In this document: piece after piece, positions 1 through 8,214 of the stretch | How the letters are laid out: each line of letters starts with the position of its first letter | Numbering within the stretch: position 1 is the stretch's first letter | Source: Candidatus Omnitrophota bacterium | Lineage (GTDB): Bacteria; Omnitrophota; Gorgyraeia; Gygaellales; Profunditerraquicolaceae | Direction of reading: 5' to 3' | Assembly (NCBI GenBank): GCA_017992455.1 | Contig: JAGOOP010000001.1 | Location: 59,723-123,722 of the forward strand | Length of the DNA: 64,000 bases | Position numbers and translations under genes: made by a program | The notes under the pieces: model-generated | Told to the model about the DNA's origin: nothing | Databases searched by the model: none | Seen by the model: only the letters and a program-made list of their open reading frames with translations

Positions 1-460
1 AGACTTTGGCTCGCATCTTTTTCCGGTATTGCACTAATTTCCGTTTCAGGCACGCGTCGGATACGGCGAGGACCTCAACGGCAAAAAGCCCCGCGTTCCG
101 GGCGCCGGCGCTGCCGATCGCCATGCAGGCGACCGGTATGCCCGCAGGCATCTGCACGGTCGACAATAAAGAATCGATGCCTTTGAGGGGCCTGGTCTCG
201 ATCGGGATCCCGATCACCGGCAGAGCCGTATGGCTTGCAATGACCCCTGCGAGCGCAGCGGAACCGCCTGCGGCGGCGATAAAAACCTTGACGCCCTGTT
301 TCTCCGCCGCGGCCACATATGCGGCCAGTTCGCGGGGAGTCCGATGCGCGGATAAAACCCGTATGTCAATGCCGACCTTGAATTCCTGAAGCACATCGAG
401 ACCCGCCCGCACCGTTTCCAGGTCAGACTGGCTGCCCATAAGAAAAGCGACTCTGGCCAT
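1..460 (-). CDS. purE: N5-carboxyaminoimidazole ribonucleotide mutase PurE (C-terminal end runs off the window)
   Basis: Missing from the ORF track because there is no stop inside the window. Minus-strand ATG at 460-458 reads MARVAFLMGSQSDLETVRAGLDVLQEFKVGIDIRVLSAHRTP...AAGGSAALAGVIASHTALPVIGIP, a PurE-type sequence. It lies 10 nt downstream of purD. Confidence 0.9.
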   Translation of the reverse strand, partial: MARVAFLMGSQSDLETVRAGLDVLQEFKVGIDIRVLSAHRTPRELAAYVAAAEKQGVKVFIAAAGGSAALAGVIASHTALPVIGIPIETRPLKGIDSLLSTVQMPAGIPVACMAIGSAGARNAGLFAVEVLAVSDACLKRKLVQYRKKMRAKV

Positions 461-470
461 ATTCCCTCCG

Positions 471-1748
471 TTACAACGCCTTCGCGGCGATGTCCGTCCG
501 ATACTGCATCCCCTCAAAATGGATCTTTCCGACTGCCTGATACGCTTTGTCCCGCGCATCCCTGATCGCGGCGCCGAGGGCGGAAACGCACAAAACGCGG
601 CCGCCGCCGGTAACGACGCCCGCATCCTTTTTTTTCGTGCCGGCATGAAAGATCATGACATCCTGCATCGCGCCTGCCGCATCAAGACCGCTCACCGGCA
701 GGCCTTTTTTATATTCGCCCGGGTATCCTTCTGCGGCGCATACCACGCACACGCACGGCCTCGTCTGCCACGCCAATCCTCCCGCTTGGGCGAACTTTCC
801 CAGATTCCCGCTCGCCGCCGCGAGCATCGCTTCCACGATATCGGACGTCATCCGCGGCAGAATCGCCTCTGTTTCAGGATCGCCGAACCGGGCGTTGAAC
901 TCAAGCGTTTTCGGCCCGTCTTTCGTCAGCATGACCCCCGCATACAATATCCCCCGGTACGTGATCCCTTCTTTTACCAGGCCGTCGATCGTGCGGTATA
1001 CGATCTTTTTCATGATCTCGTCGAAAAGAGCGGGGGTAACGACCGGCGCGGGCGAATACGCGCCCATGCCGCCGGTATTGGGCCCCTCGTCGTTGTCGAA
1101 GATGCGCTTATGGTCCTGGCTGGTCGCAAGCGGGATCACATCCTTCGAATCGGTCAGGACCAGGATCGACGCTTCCTGGCCCGTCAGGCATTCTTCGACG
1201 ATGACCCGATCGCCGGCAGGACCGAACACGCGGCCTTCCATGATCTGCCGCACCGCGGCCTTTGCCTCGTCAACGGTCTTTGCGACAATGACGCCCTTGC
1301 CCGCAGCCAGACCGTCCGCCTTGACGACGCACGGCGCTCCCGCCTTCTCTATATATGCGCACGCGGCCCCTGCCTCGCCGAATACCTTAAAATCAGCGGT
1401 CGGAACGCCGTATGTGCGCATGAGCTCTTTGGAAAAAACCTTGCTGCCTTCCATGGCGGCAGCGGCCTTATTCGGCCCGAAAACCGGCAGCCAGCATTTC
1501 TCAAACTCATCCGCGATCCCGAGCGTCAGCGGGACTTCAGGCCCGACCACGGTCAGATCGATCTTTTCCCGGCGGCCGAACCGTACCAGCCCTGCGATAT
1601 CATCGGCCCGTATATCTATGTTCTCGGCCTGCAGGGCCGTGCCGCCGTTGCCCGGCGCGCAGAATATCTTGTCGACAAGTTTCGACTGCGCGATCTTCCA
1701 CACCAGTGCATGTTCCCTGCCGCCTGAACCAACGACCAATATTCTCAT
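471..1748 (-). CDS. purD: phosphoribosylamine--glycine ligase
   Basis: 425 aa. MRILVVGSGGREHALVWK N-terminus and ATP-grasp layout typical of PurD. ATG at 1748-1746 with no Shine-Dalgarno sequence; AT-rich promoter-like sequence lies directly upstream. Confidence 0.95.
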   Translation of the reverse strand: MRILVVGSGGREHALVWKIAQSKLVDKIFCAPGNGGTALQAENIDIRADDIAGLVRFGRREKIDLTVVGPEVPLTLGIADEFEKCWLPVFGPNKAAAAMEGSKVFSKELMRTYGVPTADFKVFGEAGAACAYIEKAGAPCVVKADGLAAGKGVIVAKTVDEAKAAVRQIMEGRVFGPAGDRVIVEECLTGQEASILVLTDSKDVIPLATSQDHKRIFDNDEGPNTGGMGAYSPAPVVTPALFDEIMKKIVYRTIDGLVKEGITYRGILYAGVMLTKDGPKTLEFNARFGDPETEAILPRMTSDIVEAMLAAASGNLGKFAQAGGLAWQTRPCVCVVCAAEGYPGEYKKGLPVSGLDAAGAMQDVMIFHAGTKKKDAGVVTGGGRVLCVSALGAAIRDARDKAYQAVGKIHFEGMQYRTDIAAKAL

Positions 1749-1780
1749 ATCTATATTATTCTATACTGCTGGTTTCAACA

Positions 1781-1932
1781 GCTGTCGTGGCATAGTGTCT
1801 CGGGGACGTTCGCCGGCCCCGGCGTGGCCGGCTCACTCGGTTCCGCCCCTCACTCTGCCCGACCGATCAGCCTGCGTGGCATCCGTGCCCGTTCGGGGCT
1901 TCACAAGCCCCTCGACACTATGCCACGACAGC
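1781..1932. ncRNA. structured intergenic element E1: 19-bp perfect closing stem plus a ~114-nt GC-rich core (family with 62714-62885 and 21702-21935)
   Basis: 1781-1799 gctgtcgtggcatagtgtc is the exact reverse complement of 1914-1932. Internal hairpins at 1812-1832, 1878-1889 and 1895-1911. The core aligns with E4. Functional strand is unresolved. Confidence 0.6.
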
Positions 1933-1972
1933 GATGAATCTCGGCCATTTCAAATAACAATACGCGATAAAA

Positions 1973-2839
1973 TTATTTGCCGGTATGCTTGGGGACCGGC
2001 ACGATGCCCGCCATTTCGCCGATGACGTTGACGATGTCCTTGTCCGACGGCAGGACGATCTTGGCGTTCTGCGCCAGCGCTTTCTCCATCATCTCGAGCC
2101 TGCGCAAAAGCTGCGCGTTGCCGATAAAATATTTCTCAGCCGCTTCGTTGACAAGACGGATGGCTTCCGACTCGCCTTCGGCCTCAAGGATACGCGCCTG
2201 TTTAACGCCTTCGGCCTTTTTGATCTCAGCGCGCTTCTGGCCGTCCGCCGCAGTTTCCGTAGCGGTGGCAAAATCCACCGCCGCGATCTTTTCGTTCTCG
2301 GCCTTAACGACCTTATTCATGGTCTCCTGAACGTCCTTGGGCGGATCGATCTCTTTCAGCTCGGTCCTGACGATCTCGATACCCCAACTGGCGGTCTCGT
2401 CCATCAGGGTTTTGTGCAGTTCGGCATTGATCTTGCCGCGTTCGGAATTCGCCGATTTCAGCGTGAGCGTGCCGATGATATTCCTCAAGGTCGTGCGCGC
2501 GAGGTTCACGATCTGATACTGATAGCTGTATACATTATACTGGCAATTTTTCACGCTCTCTTCATCCGGCTTGACCTTAAAATATACCTGGGCATCGACC
2601 TTTGCGTTCAGGTTATCGTTGGTGATGATCTCCTGCGGTTCGGCATCCACCATCTGCTCGGTGATGTTCACCTGGTACATCTTGTCGATGACCGGAAAGA
2701 GCCAGTTGAAACCGCTGTTGGCGAACCGGTTATACTTGCCGAGCCGCTCGATAAGCCCGCGATGCGTCGGCCTGACGATCCTGATACCGCTGAAGAAAAA
2801 TATGATGATCCCGACCACGATCAATAAACCGAAAGACAT
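1973..2839 (-). CDS. SPFH/band-7 (stomatin/HflC-like) membrane protein
   Basis: 288 aa. N-terminal TM segment (LLIVVGIIIFFF) followed by GIRIVRPTHRGLIERLGKY and an SPFH core with a coiled-coil tail. GGAGG RBS upstream. Confidence 0.85.
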   Translation of the reverse strand: MSFGLLIVVGIIIFFFSGIRIVRPTHRGLIERLGKYNRFANSGFNWLFPVIDKMYQVNITEQMVDAEPQEIITNDNLNAKVDAQVYFKVKPDEESVKNCQYNVYSYQYQIVNLARTTLRNIIGTLTLKSANSERGKINAELHKTLMDETASWGIEIVRTELKEIDPPKDVQETMNKVVKAENEKIAAVDFATATETAADGQKRAEIKKAEGVKQARILEAEGESEAIRLVNEAAEKYFIGNAQLLRRLEMMEKALAQNAKIVLPSDKDIVNVIGEMAGIVPVPKHTGK

Positions 2840-2853
2840 AACCCCCTCCTCGT

Positions 2854-3870
2854 TTAGAGAATCTCGACCTTTTTATTCCCTTTAACCGCGTCGCCGATGA
2901 CCCAGGATCTTATTTTAAGACCGCTCAGCGCCTCGATCACGTGCCCCGCAATGGACTGATCGACGACAAGCGCCATGCCGATGCCCATGTTGAGCGTATG
3001 GTACATCTCTTCATCGGAGATCCTCCCTTTAAACTGGATCAGCTTGAAAATGGGAGGGACCTCCCATGCAGACCTGTTGATGCGCACATCAATATCCGCC
3101 GGCAGGATGCGGCTGATCTTGTCGTAAAATGCGCCTCCGGTTATATGCGAGATGCCGCGGATCAATCGTTTCTTGTTGTTAAATTCATCAAGGACCGCCA
3201 GGACCGGCTTCACGTAGATCTTTGTGGGCTTGAGCAATTCGCCTGCCATCCGCTTTATCTCAGCCTGCGAAAATACGGCCCTCACGAGCGAATACCCGTT
3301 GGAATGGATACCGTTGGACGCCAGACCTATGACAGCATCCCCCGGCCGTATCGCGCTGCCGTCGACGATCTTATCCCTGTCGACCGCGCCGACGCAAAAA
3401 CCCGCCAGGTCATACTCGCCCGCCTTATACATGCCGGGCATCTGCGCAGTTTCTCCCCCGATAAGCGCGCACCCCGCCTGCATGCACCCTTCGTTCAGTC
3501 CTTTGACGATATCGACGAGGGTCTGACGGGGCAGCGAGCTGAACGCGATATAATCCAGGAAGAACAGCGTGGACGCGCCCGTGCAAAGAATATCGTTCAC
3601 GTTCATGGCCACGGCGTCGATGCCGACGGTCGCATGCCGGTTGACCGCGGCGGCGATCTTGAGCTTTGTGCCGACGCCGTCGGCTGAGGACACCAGCACC
3701 GGATCGCGCATGCCTTTGCCGGAAAACCGGTACAGGCCGCCGAAACCGCCGACGCTTTTGAGGACCTGCGGACCGAGCGATCCTCTGACAATGTTTTTAA
3801 GCGATTTTTTGAACGAATGCGCGGCGTTTATATCGACGCCCGCGGATTTGTAATCGATCCTTTTCCTCAT
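2854..3870 (-). CDS. purM: phosphoribosylformylglycinamidine cyclo-ligase (AIR synthetase)
   Basis: 338 aa. YKSAGVDI...GGFGGLY...DGVGTK motifs. ATGA overlap with the purF stop. Confidence 0.95.
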   Translation of the reverse strand: MRKRIDYKSAGVDINAAHSFKKSLKNIVRGSLGPQVLKSVGGFGGLYRFSGKGMRDPVLVSSADGVGTKLKIAAAVNRHATVGIDAVAMNVNDILCTGASTLFFLDYIAFSSLPRQTLVDIVKGLNEGCMQAGCALIGGETAQMPGMYKAGEYDLAGFCVGAVDRDKIVDGSAIRPGDAVIGLASNGIHSNGYSLVRAVFSQAEIKRMAGELLKPTKIYVKPVLAVLDEFNNKKRLIRGISHITGGAFYDKISRILPADIDVRINRSAWEVPPIFKLIQFKGRISDEEMYHTLNMGIGMALVVDQSIAGHVIEALSGLKIRSWVIGDAVKGNKKVEIL

Positions 3871-5315
3871 ATCTTCTTGTCTCCCTGGCCGCAGCAGGAA
3901 GTTTCAAGGGAAAACTTGCCGTGCCGCTTTTCGGCATGCACGGGATATCTGCCCGTCCAGCACGCGGTGCAATAGTGATGTGTCGGATATGCCATGCTTG
4001 AAAGCATCCCTTCGAGGCTCAGGTACCCGAGGCTGTCGACTTCCAGATATTGCCTGATCTTCTCCAAAGACGCATATTTGTTCGCGATGAGCTCGCTTGC
4101 CCGGTGGAAATCGATGCCGTAGAAACACGGGAACCGGTGCGGCGGGCAGGAGATCATCAAATGGACCTCTTTGACGCCGGCGGAGCGCAGGTTCCGCACC
4201 CGGATCTTCGACGTGGTGCCGCGCACGATCGAATCGTCCACGACAACGATACGCTTGCCTTTCAAAACGTCCTTCATGAAATTGAACTTCACCCTGACGG
4301 CAATATCGCGGGAATCCTGCGCCGGCTGGATAAAAGTCCTGCCGACATAATGATTGCGGATGATACCCATTTCAAGCGGTATGCCCGATTCCCGGGCATA
4401 CCCGAGCGCGGCGGAATATCCCGAGTCCGGCACCGGCACCACATAATCGGCGTCGACGGGATGCTCCCGGGCAAGCTGCCGGCCGAGCTTTGTCCTGACC
4501 GTATGCACCGTTTCCCCGAATAAAAGAGAATCGGGCCGCGCAAAATATACGTGTTCGAACGTGCAATGCGCCGACCGGACAGGATGCGCCAGCTGTTTCG
4601 GCTTGATGGATCGCACGCCGCTGCCGGACAGGATCACGATCTCTCCGGGCGCAACCTCCCGCACGAACTGCGCGCCGATGAGGTCGAACGCGCACGTTTC
4701 GGACGCCAGGCACCATGCCGTGCCCATTTTTGCCAGGGACAGCGGCCTGATGCCCAGGGGATCGCGCACGCCGATGACGTTTTTATTGTCCATCAATACG
4801 AGCGAATACGCGCCCTTCACCTTGCGGAGCGCATAGACAAGGCTTTCGATCAGGTTCGCCGACCGCGCCTTGGCCATCAGATGGATGATGATCTCCGAAT
4901 CGGTCGTCGTCTGGAATATCGAGCCCTGCTTTTCAAGATACCTGCGCAGCTCCAGGGAATTGACGAGATTTCCGTTGTGCGCGATGCACACCGTGCCTTT
5001 GGCAAAATCGACCAGCAGCGGCTGGGCGTTCTTGATGACGCTCGAGCCCGTGGTCGAATAACGGACGTGCCCGACCGCCATGTCGCCTTTGAGCAGGCTC
5101 AGGTGCTCGGGCGTGAACACGTCGGAAACAAGCCCCATTCCTTTGTGCACCGTCAACTGCCCTCGATGGCCGCAGACAATGCCGCATGCCTCCTGCCCCC
5201 GGTGCTGCTGGGCATACAACCCCATGTACGCAAGCCAGCCGGCGTGTTTGTTGTTTATGACGCCGAACAGCCCGCAGTATTCTTTTGGACGGTCTTCGAT
5301 GATCTTCGTTTGCAT
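3867..5315 (-). CDS. purF: amidophosphoribosyltransferase
   Basis: The track ORF (3867-5588) is over-extended. The real start is the ATG at 5315 (MQTKIIEDRPKEY-CGLFGV), a propeptide before the catalytic Cys, with a GGGGGA RBS. HNGNLVN, VVVDDSIVRGTTS and Fe-S Cys ligands (CTAC) are present. Confidence 0.9.
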   Translation of the reverse strand: MQTKIIEDRPKEYCGLFGVINNKHAGWLAYMGLYAQQHRGQEACGIVCGHRGQLTVHKGMGLVSDVFTPEHLSLLKGDMAVGHVRYSTTGSSVIKNAQPLLVDFAKGTVCIAHNGNLVNSLELRRYLEKQGSIFQTTTDSEIIIHLMAKARSANLIESLVYALRKVKGAYSLVLMDNKNVIGVRDPLGIRPLSLAKMGTAWCLASETCAFDLIGAQFVREVAPGEIVILSGSGVRSIKPKQLAHPVRSAHCTFEHVYFARPDSLLFGETVHTVRTKLGRQLAREHPVDADYVVPVPDSGYSAALGYARESGIPLEMGIIRNHYVGRTFIQPAQDSRDIAVRVKFNFMKDVLKGKRIVVVDDSIVRGTTSKIRVRNLRSAGVKEVHLMISCPPHRFPCFYGIDFHRASELIANKYASLEKIRQYLEVDSLGYLSLEGMLSSMAYPTHHYCTACWTGRYPVHAEKRHGKFSLETSCCGQGDKKI

Positions 5316-6724
5316 GTATCCCCCTGCGAACAGCTTTTTCCGGTCCAGCAGTACAAACACAGCTTTTCCCTCGGCAGGCCGATGGCGCCGATCATATCCT
5401 CGATCTTCTGATAACGCAGCGTCGTCGCCCCGGTTTCTTTGCGGATCCACTCCACCATCGCGCGGTGCTTCGCGGAATTCTCGTCTATATATTCGCCGAC
5501 ATCGCCGATGTCCCTGCCTTCCAGGCTCCTGATGGCGCGGCGCGCCGCAAGCTCCTGCGTGCTCCGCGTCGAAAAGTTGAACCTGCACGGGAACAAGAGC
5601 GGCGGGCAGGCGATACGCAGATGGATCTCCTTGACCCCGCAGTCCTTGAGTTTCTGGATCGTGTAATTTTTCAGCTGCGTGCCCCGGACGATCGAATCGT
5701 CGCAGATCACGATCCGCTTGCCCCTGATGATCTCCGGCACGGGGACCAGTTTCATTTTCGCGACGAGGTCGCGTATTTCCTGCGACGGCGGGGTATAACT
5801 GCGGCCGTAACCCGGCGTATATTTGATCAATACCCTGCGGTACGGCACGCCCGAACCCATCGCATAGCCGATGGCATGAGCGGTGCCTGAATCGGGAATA
5901 CCCGCGACGAGGTCTGCCTTGACCGCATCGCCCTTTGCCAGGGCCTTGCCGGAATTCTCCCTGACGATCTCGGTGTTGATCTCTTCATAGCTTGAGGACG
6001 GGAATCCCGTATATATCCACAGGAACGAACACGTTTGCGAAACCCCGGACCCTTTGCGCTGGGACCGCATCCCGGATTCGTCCATCAGAACGATCTCGCC
6101 GGGCGCCAGATATTTCTCGATCGTATACCCGAGATTATGGAACGCCGCGGTCTCGGTCGTTACCGCAACGGAACCGTTCTTTCTGCCGGCCATGAGCGGG
6201 AAATACCCATAGCGGTCGCGTGCCGCGTATATGCCGTCCTTGTTCAGGACCAGAAGCGAGCATGAGCCGGATATCTCGGCGAACATCTGCTCGATGCCGG
6301 AGACGATGTCCTTGCCGCGGATGATCAGCTTGGCCACGAGCTCCGTCAGGTTGACCTTGCCGTTGACCACCTCGCTGAAAGACTCGCCCTTGCTGTACAA
6401 ACGTTCGACGAGGTCTTCGGCGTTGTCGATATAGCCGTTGGTCACGATCGCGAAAGGCCCGAAGCGCGAATTCACGTACAGCGGCTGTTCTTCATTGGCG
6501 CTGATGACGCCGATGCCCTTATTCCCGTCGAAGGTTTTGTAATCCTCGAAGAATTTCGATTTGAACTGGCTGGCAGCGATACCGTGGATCTTGCGGTTGA
6601 GCTCCCGGCCGAACACGGCAAGGCCTGCGAACTGCGTTCCCAGATGCGAATGATAATCCGTGCCGTAAAAAAGCTCCTCCCGGCAATCATCCCCTTTTGT
6701 CACCACGCCGAATATTCCGCTCAC
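5255..6724 (-). CDS. amidophosphoribosyltransferase-like paralog with Ser in place of the N-terminal Cys nucleophile
   Basis: 489 aa. GTG start with a strong AAGGAGA RBS. Begins M-SGIFGVV. Keeps TNG, the PRPP loop VICDDSIVRGTQ and Fe-S Cys positions (CLYC). Its 3' end overlaps the purF start by 61 nt. Confidence 0.8.
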   Translation of the reverse strand: MSGIFGVVTKGDDCREELFYGTDYHSHLGTQFAGLAVFGRELNRKIHGIAASQFKSKFFEDYKTFDGNKGIGVISANEEQPLYVNSRFGPFAIVTNGYIDNAEDLVERLYSKGESFSEVVNGKVNLTELVAKLIIRGKDIVSGIEQMFAEISGSCSLLVLNKDGIYAARDRYGYFPLMAGRKNGSVAVTTETAAFHNLGYTIEKYLAPGEIVLMDESGMRSQRKGSGVSQTCSFLWIYTGFPSSSYEEINTEIVRENSGKALAKGDAVKADLVAGIPDSGTAHAIGYAMGSGVPYRRVLIKYTPGYGRSYTPPSQEIRDLVAKMKLVPVPEIIRGKRIVICDDSIVRGTQLKNYTIQKLKDCGVKEIHLRIACPPLLFPCRFNFSTRSTQELAARRAIRSLEGRDIGDVGEYIDENSAKHRAMVEWIRKETGATTLRYQKIEDMIGAIGLPREKLCLYCWTGKSCSQGDTCKRRSSKTVQKNTAGCSAS

Positions 6725-6736
6725 TCAATATCTCCT

Positions 6737-7528
6737 TTATGTATGTTTGGCCGCATAGAGCACGCCGTTCCTGAATATCTGCCTGCCGTCAACGCTCCGG
6801 CACCCGGCCATGTGCCAGCGGGGATGCTGGGATACGAAGATATGACGTTCGGGATGGGGCATCAATCCGAGGATACGGCCGGTCTCGTCGCAGATCCCGG
6901 CGATATTATCCTGCGAACCGTTCGGATTGTGCGGGGATCCGGCAAGCCGCCCCCCGCTGTCGCAATACTGGAAAACGATCTGGCGGTTCTTTTTGAGCCT
7001 TTTCAAGACCGCATCGTCGGCTGTAATGAACTTGCCCTCGCCGTGCGCTATGGGCAGCGACAGGACAGGGGGCAGATCGGCCGTCCACGCGCATTGTGCC
7101 GCCGGCTTTGTTTCCGCCGGTTTCAAATATACCCACTCGTCCCGGAAAAGGCCGCTGTCATTGATGATCAGGCTTGCCTCCTGCCTGAGTTCGGCGTTGC
7201 CCGGGAGAAGCCCCGCCTTGACGAGGACTTGAAAACCGTTGCAAATGCCGATGATCAGTTTCCCGTCGCCGATGAACTTCCTGACCTGGCCGGCAAGCTT
7301 GAATTTCAGCTCATTGGCAAGCACCTTGCCCGCGGATATATCGTCCCCGTAGCTGAAACCGCCCGGCAGCGCAAGGATATGGTATTCATCGAGCATTCTG
7401 ACGCGCTGCAGGAACCGGTTGATATGGACAAGCTCCGCAGCCGCTCCCGCCTGTTCGAACGCGAACGCGGTTTCAACGTCGCAATTGGTCCCGGCGGTCC
7501 TCAATACGCATACTCTGGGGTTCTTCAT
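6737..7528 (-). CDS. purQ: phosphoribosylformylglycinamidine synthase, glutamine amidotransferase subunit
   Basis: Start trimmed to MKNPRVCVLRTAGTNCD (ATG at 7528, ATGA overlap with the upstream stop). GICNGFQ catalytic Cys and HGEG...MPHPER His/Glu motifs. Confidence 0.9.
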   Translation of the reverse strand: MKNPRVCVLRTAGTNCDVETAFAFEQAGAAAELVHINRFLQRVRMLDEYHILALPGGFSYGDDISAGKVLANELKFKLAGQVRKFIGDGKLIIGICNGFQVLVKAGLLPGNAELRQEASLIINDSGLFRDEWVYLKPAETKPAAQCAWTADLPPVLSLPIAHGEGKFITADDAVLKRLKKNRQIVFQYCDSGGRLAGSPHNPNGSQDNIAGICDETGRILGLMPHPERHIFVSQHPRWHMAGCRSVDGRQIFRNGVLYAAKHT

Positions 7529-8199
7529 TTTCTGCGTTTCTTGTAGAAATTCCTTATTATGGAAACGACTTCCCGGGGGCTGTCGGTGACGCTGAAGATG
7601 TCCAGGTCGGTGCGGCTCACGCATCCCGACGGCACAACGGTCTTTTTCAACCAGTCGATGAGCCCTTTCCAGTATTCCGTGCCGACCGCGATGATCGGAA
7701 AGTCAGGGATACGCATCGTCTGGATAAGGTTCAACGCCTCGCTGAATTCGTCGAGCGTGCCGTAGCCGCCGGGCATGATGACGAATGCTTTCGCATATTT
7801 GACGAACATGACCTTGCGCACGAAAAAATACCGGAAATCGATAAGCGTATCGACATACGGATTGGCCTTCTGCTCCATGGGAATATGGATGTTCAGCCCG
7901 ATGGAATGGCCTTTGGCGCGCCGGGCGCCGCGGTTGCCCGCTTCCATAAGGCCGGGCCCGCCGCCGGTCACGATCGCGTATCCGTCCTTTGCGAGCAGAT
8001 ACGCGACCTCCTCGGTCAGCTTGTAATATTTATGGTTTGCCGGCAGGCGCGCCGACCCGAAGATCGACACTGCCCTGCCCATCGCGGACAGCGTCTCGAA
8101 CCCGTCGACGAACTCGGCCATGATGCGGAATATGCGCCACGGGTCCTCATCGGTAAAATCACGGCGTGCGCCGTCGGTTTCATACGGGATTTTCGCCAT
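7525..8199 (-). CDS. LOG family protein (TIGR00730-type nucleotide 5'-monophosphate nucleosidase / lysine-decarboxylase-like)
   Basis: 224 aa. GGGPGLMEA and PGGYGTLDE (PGGxGTxxE) motifs. AAGGAGA RBS. Coupled to purQ by an ATGA overlap. Confidence 0.85.
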   Translation of the reverse strand: MAKIPYETDGARRDFTDEDPWRIFRIMAEFVDGFETLSAMGRAVSIFGSARLPANHKYYKLTEEVAYLLAKDGYAIVTGGGPGLMEAGNRGARRAKGHSIGLNIHIPMEQKANPYVDTLIDFRYFFVRKVMFVKYAKAFVIMPGGYGTLDEFSEALNLIQTMRIPDFPIIAVGTEYWKGLIDWLKKTVVPSGCVSRTDLDIFSVTDSPREVVSIIRNFYKKRRK

Positions 8200-8214
8200 C
8201 GATCACGGTCTCCT

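Noticed and set aside
1781-1932. A purine-pathway riboswitch (guanine/adenine, ZTP/pfl, PRPP/ykkC-type, glycine) in front of purD.
   Set aside because: None of the hallmark motifs I know were found on either strand (for example CCGCCUGGGC for ZTP, GGUCCGAGAG / CCCGGGAGA for ykkC types, or the purine three-way junction). The same core also sits in front of uvrC, which argues against a purine-specific sensor.
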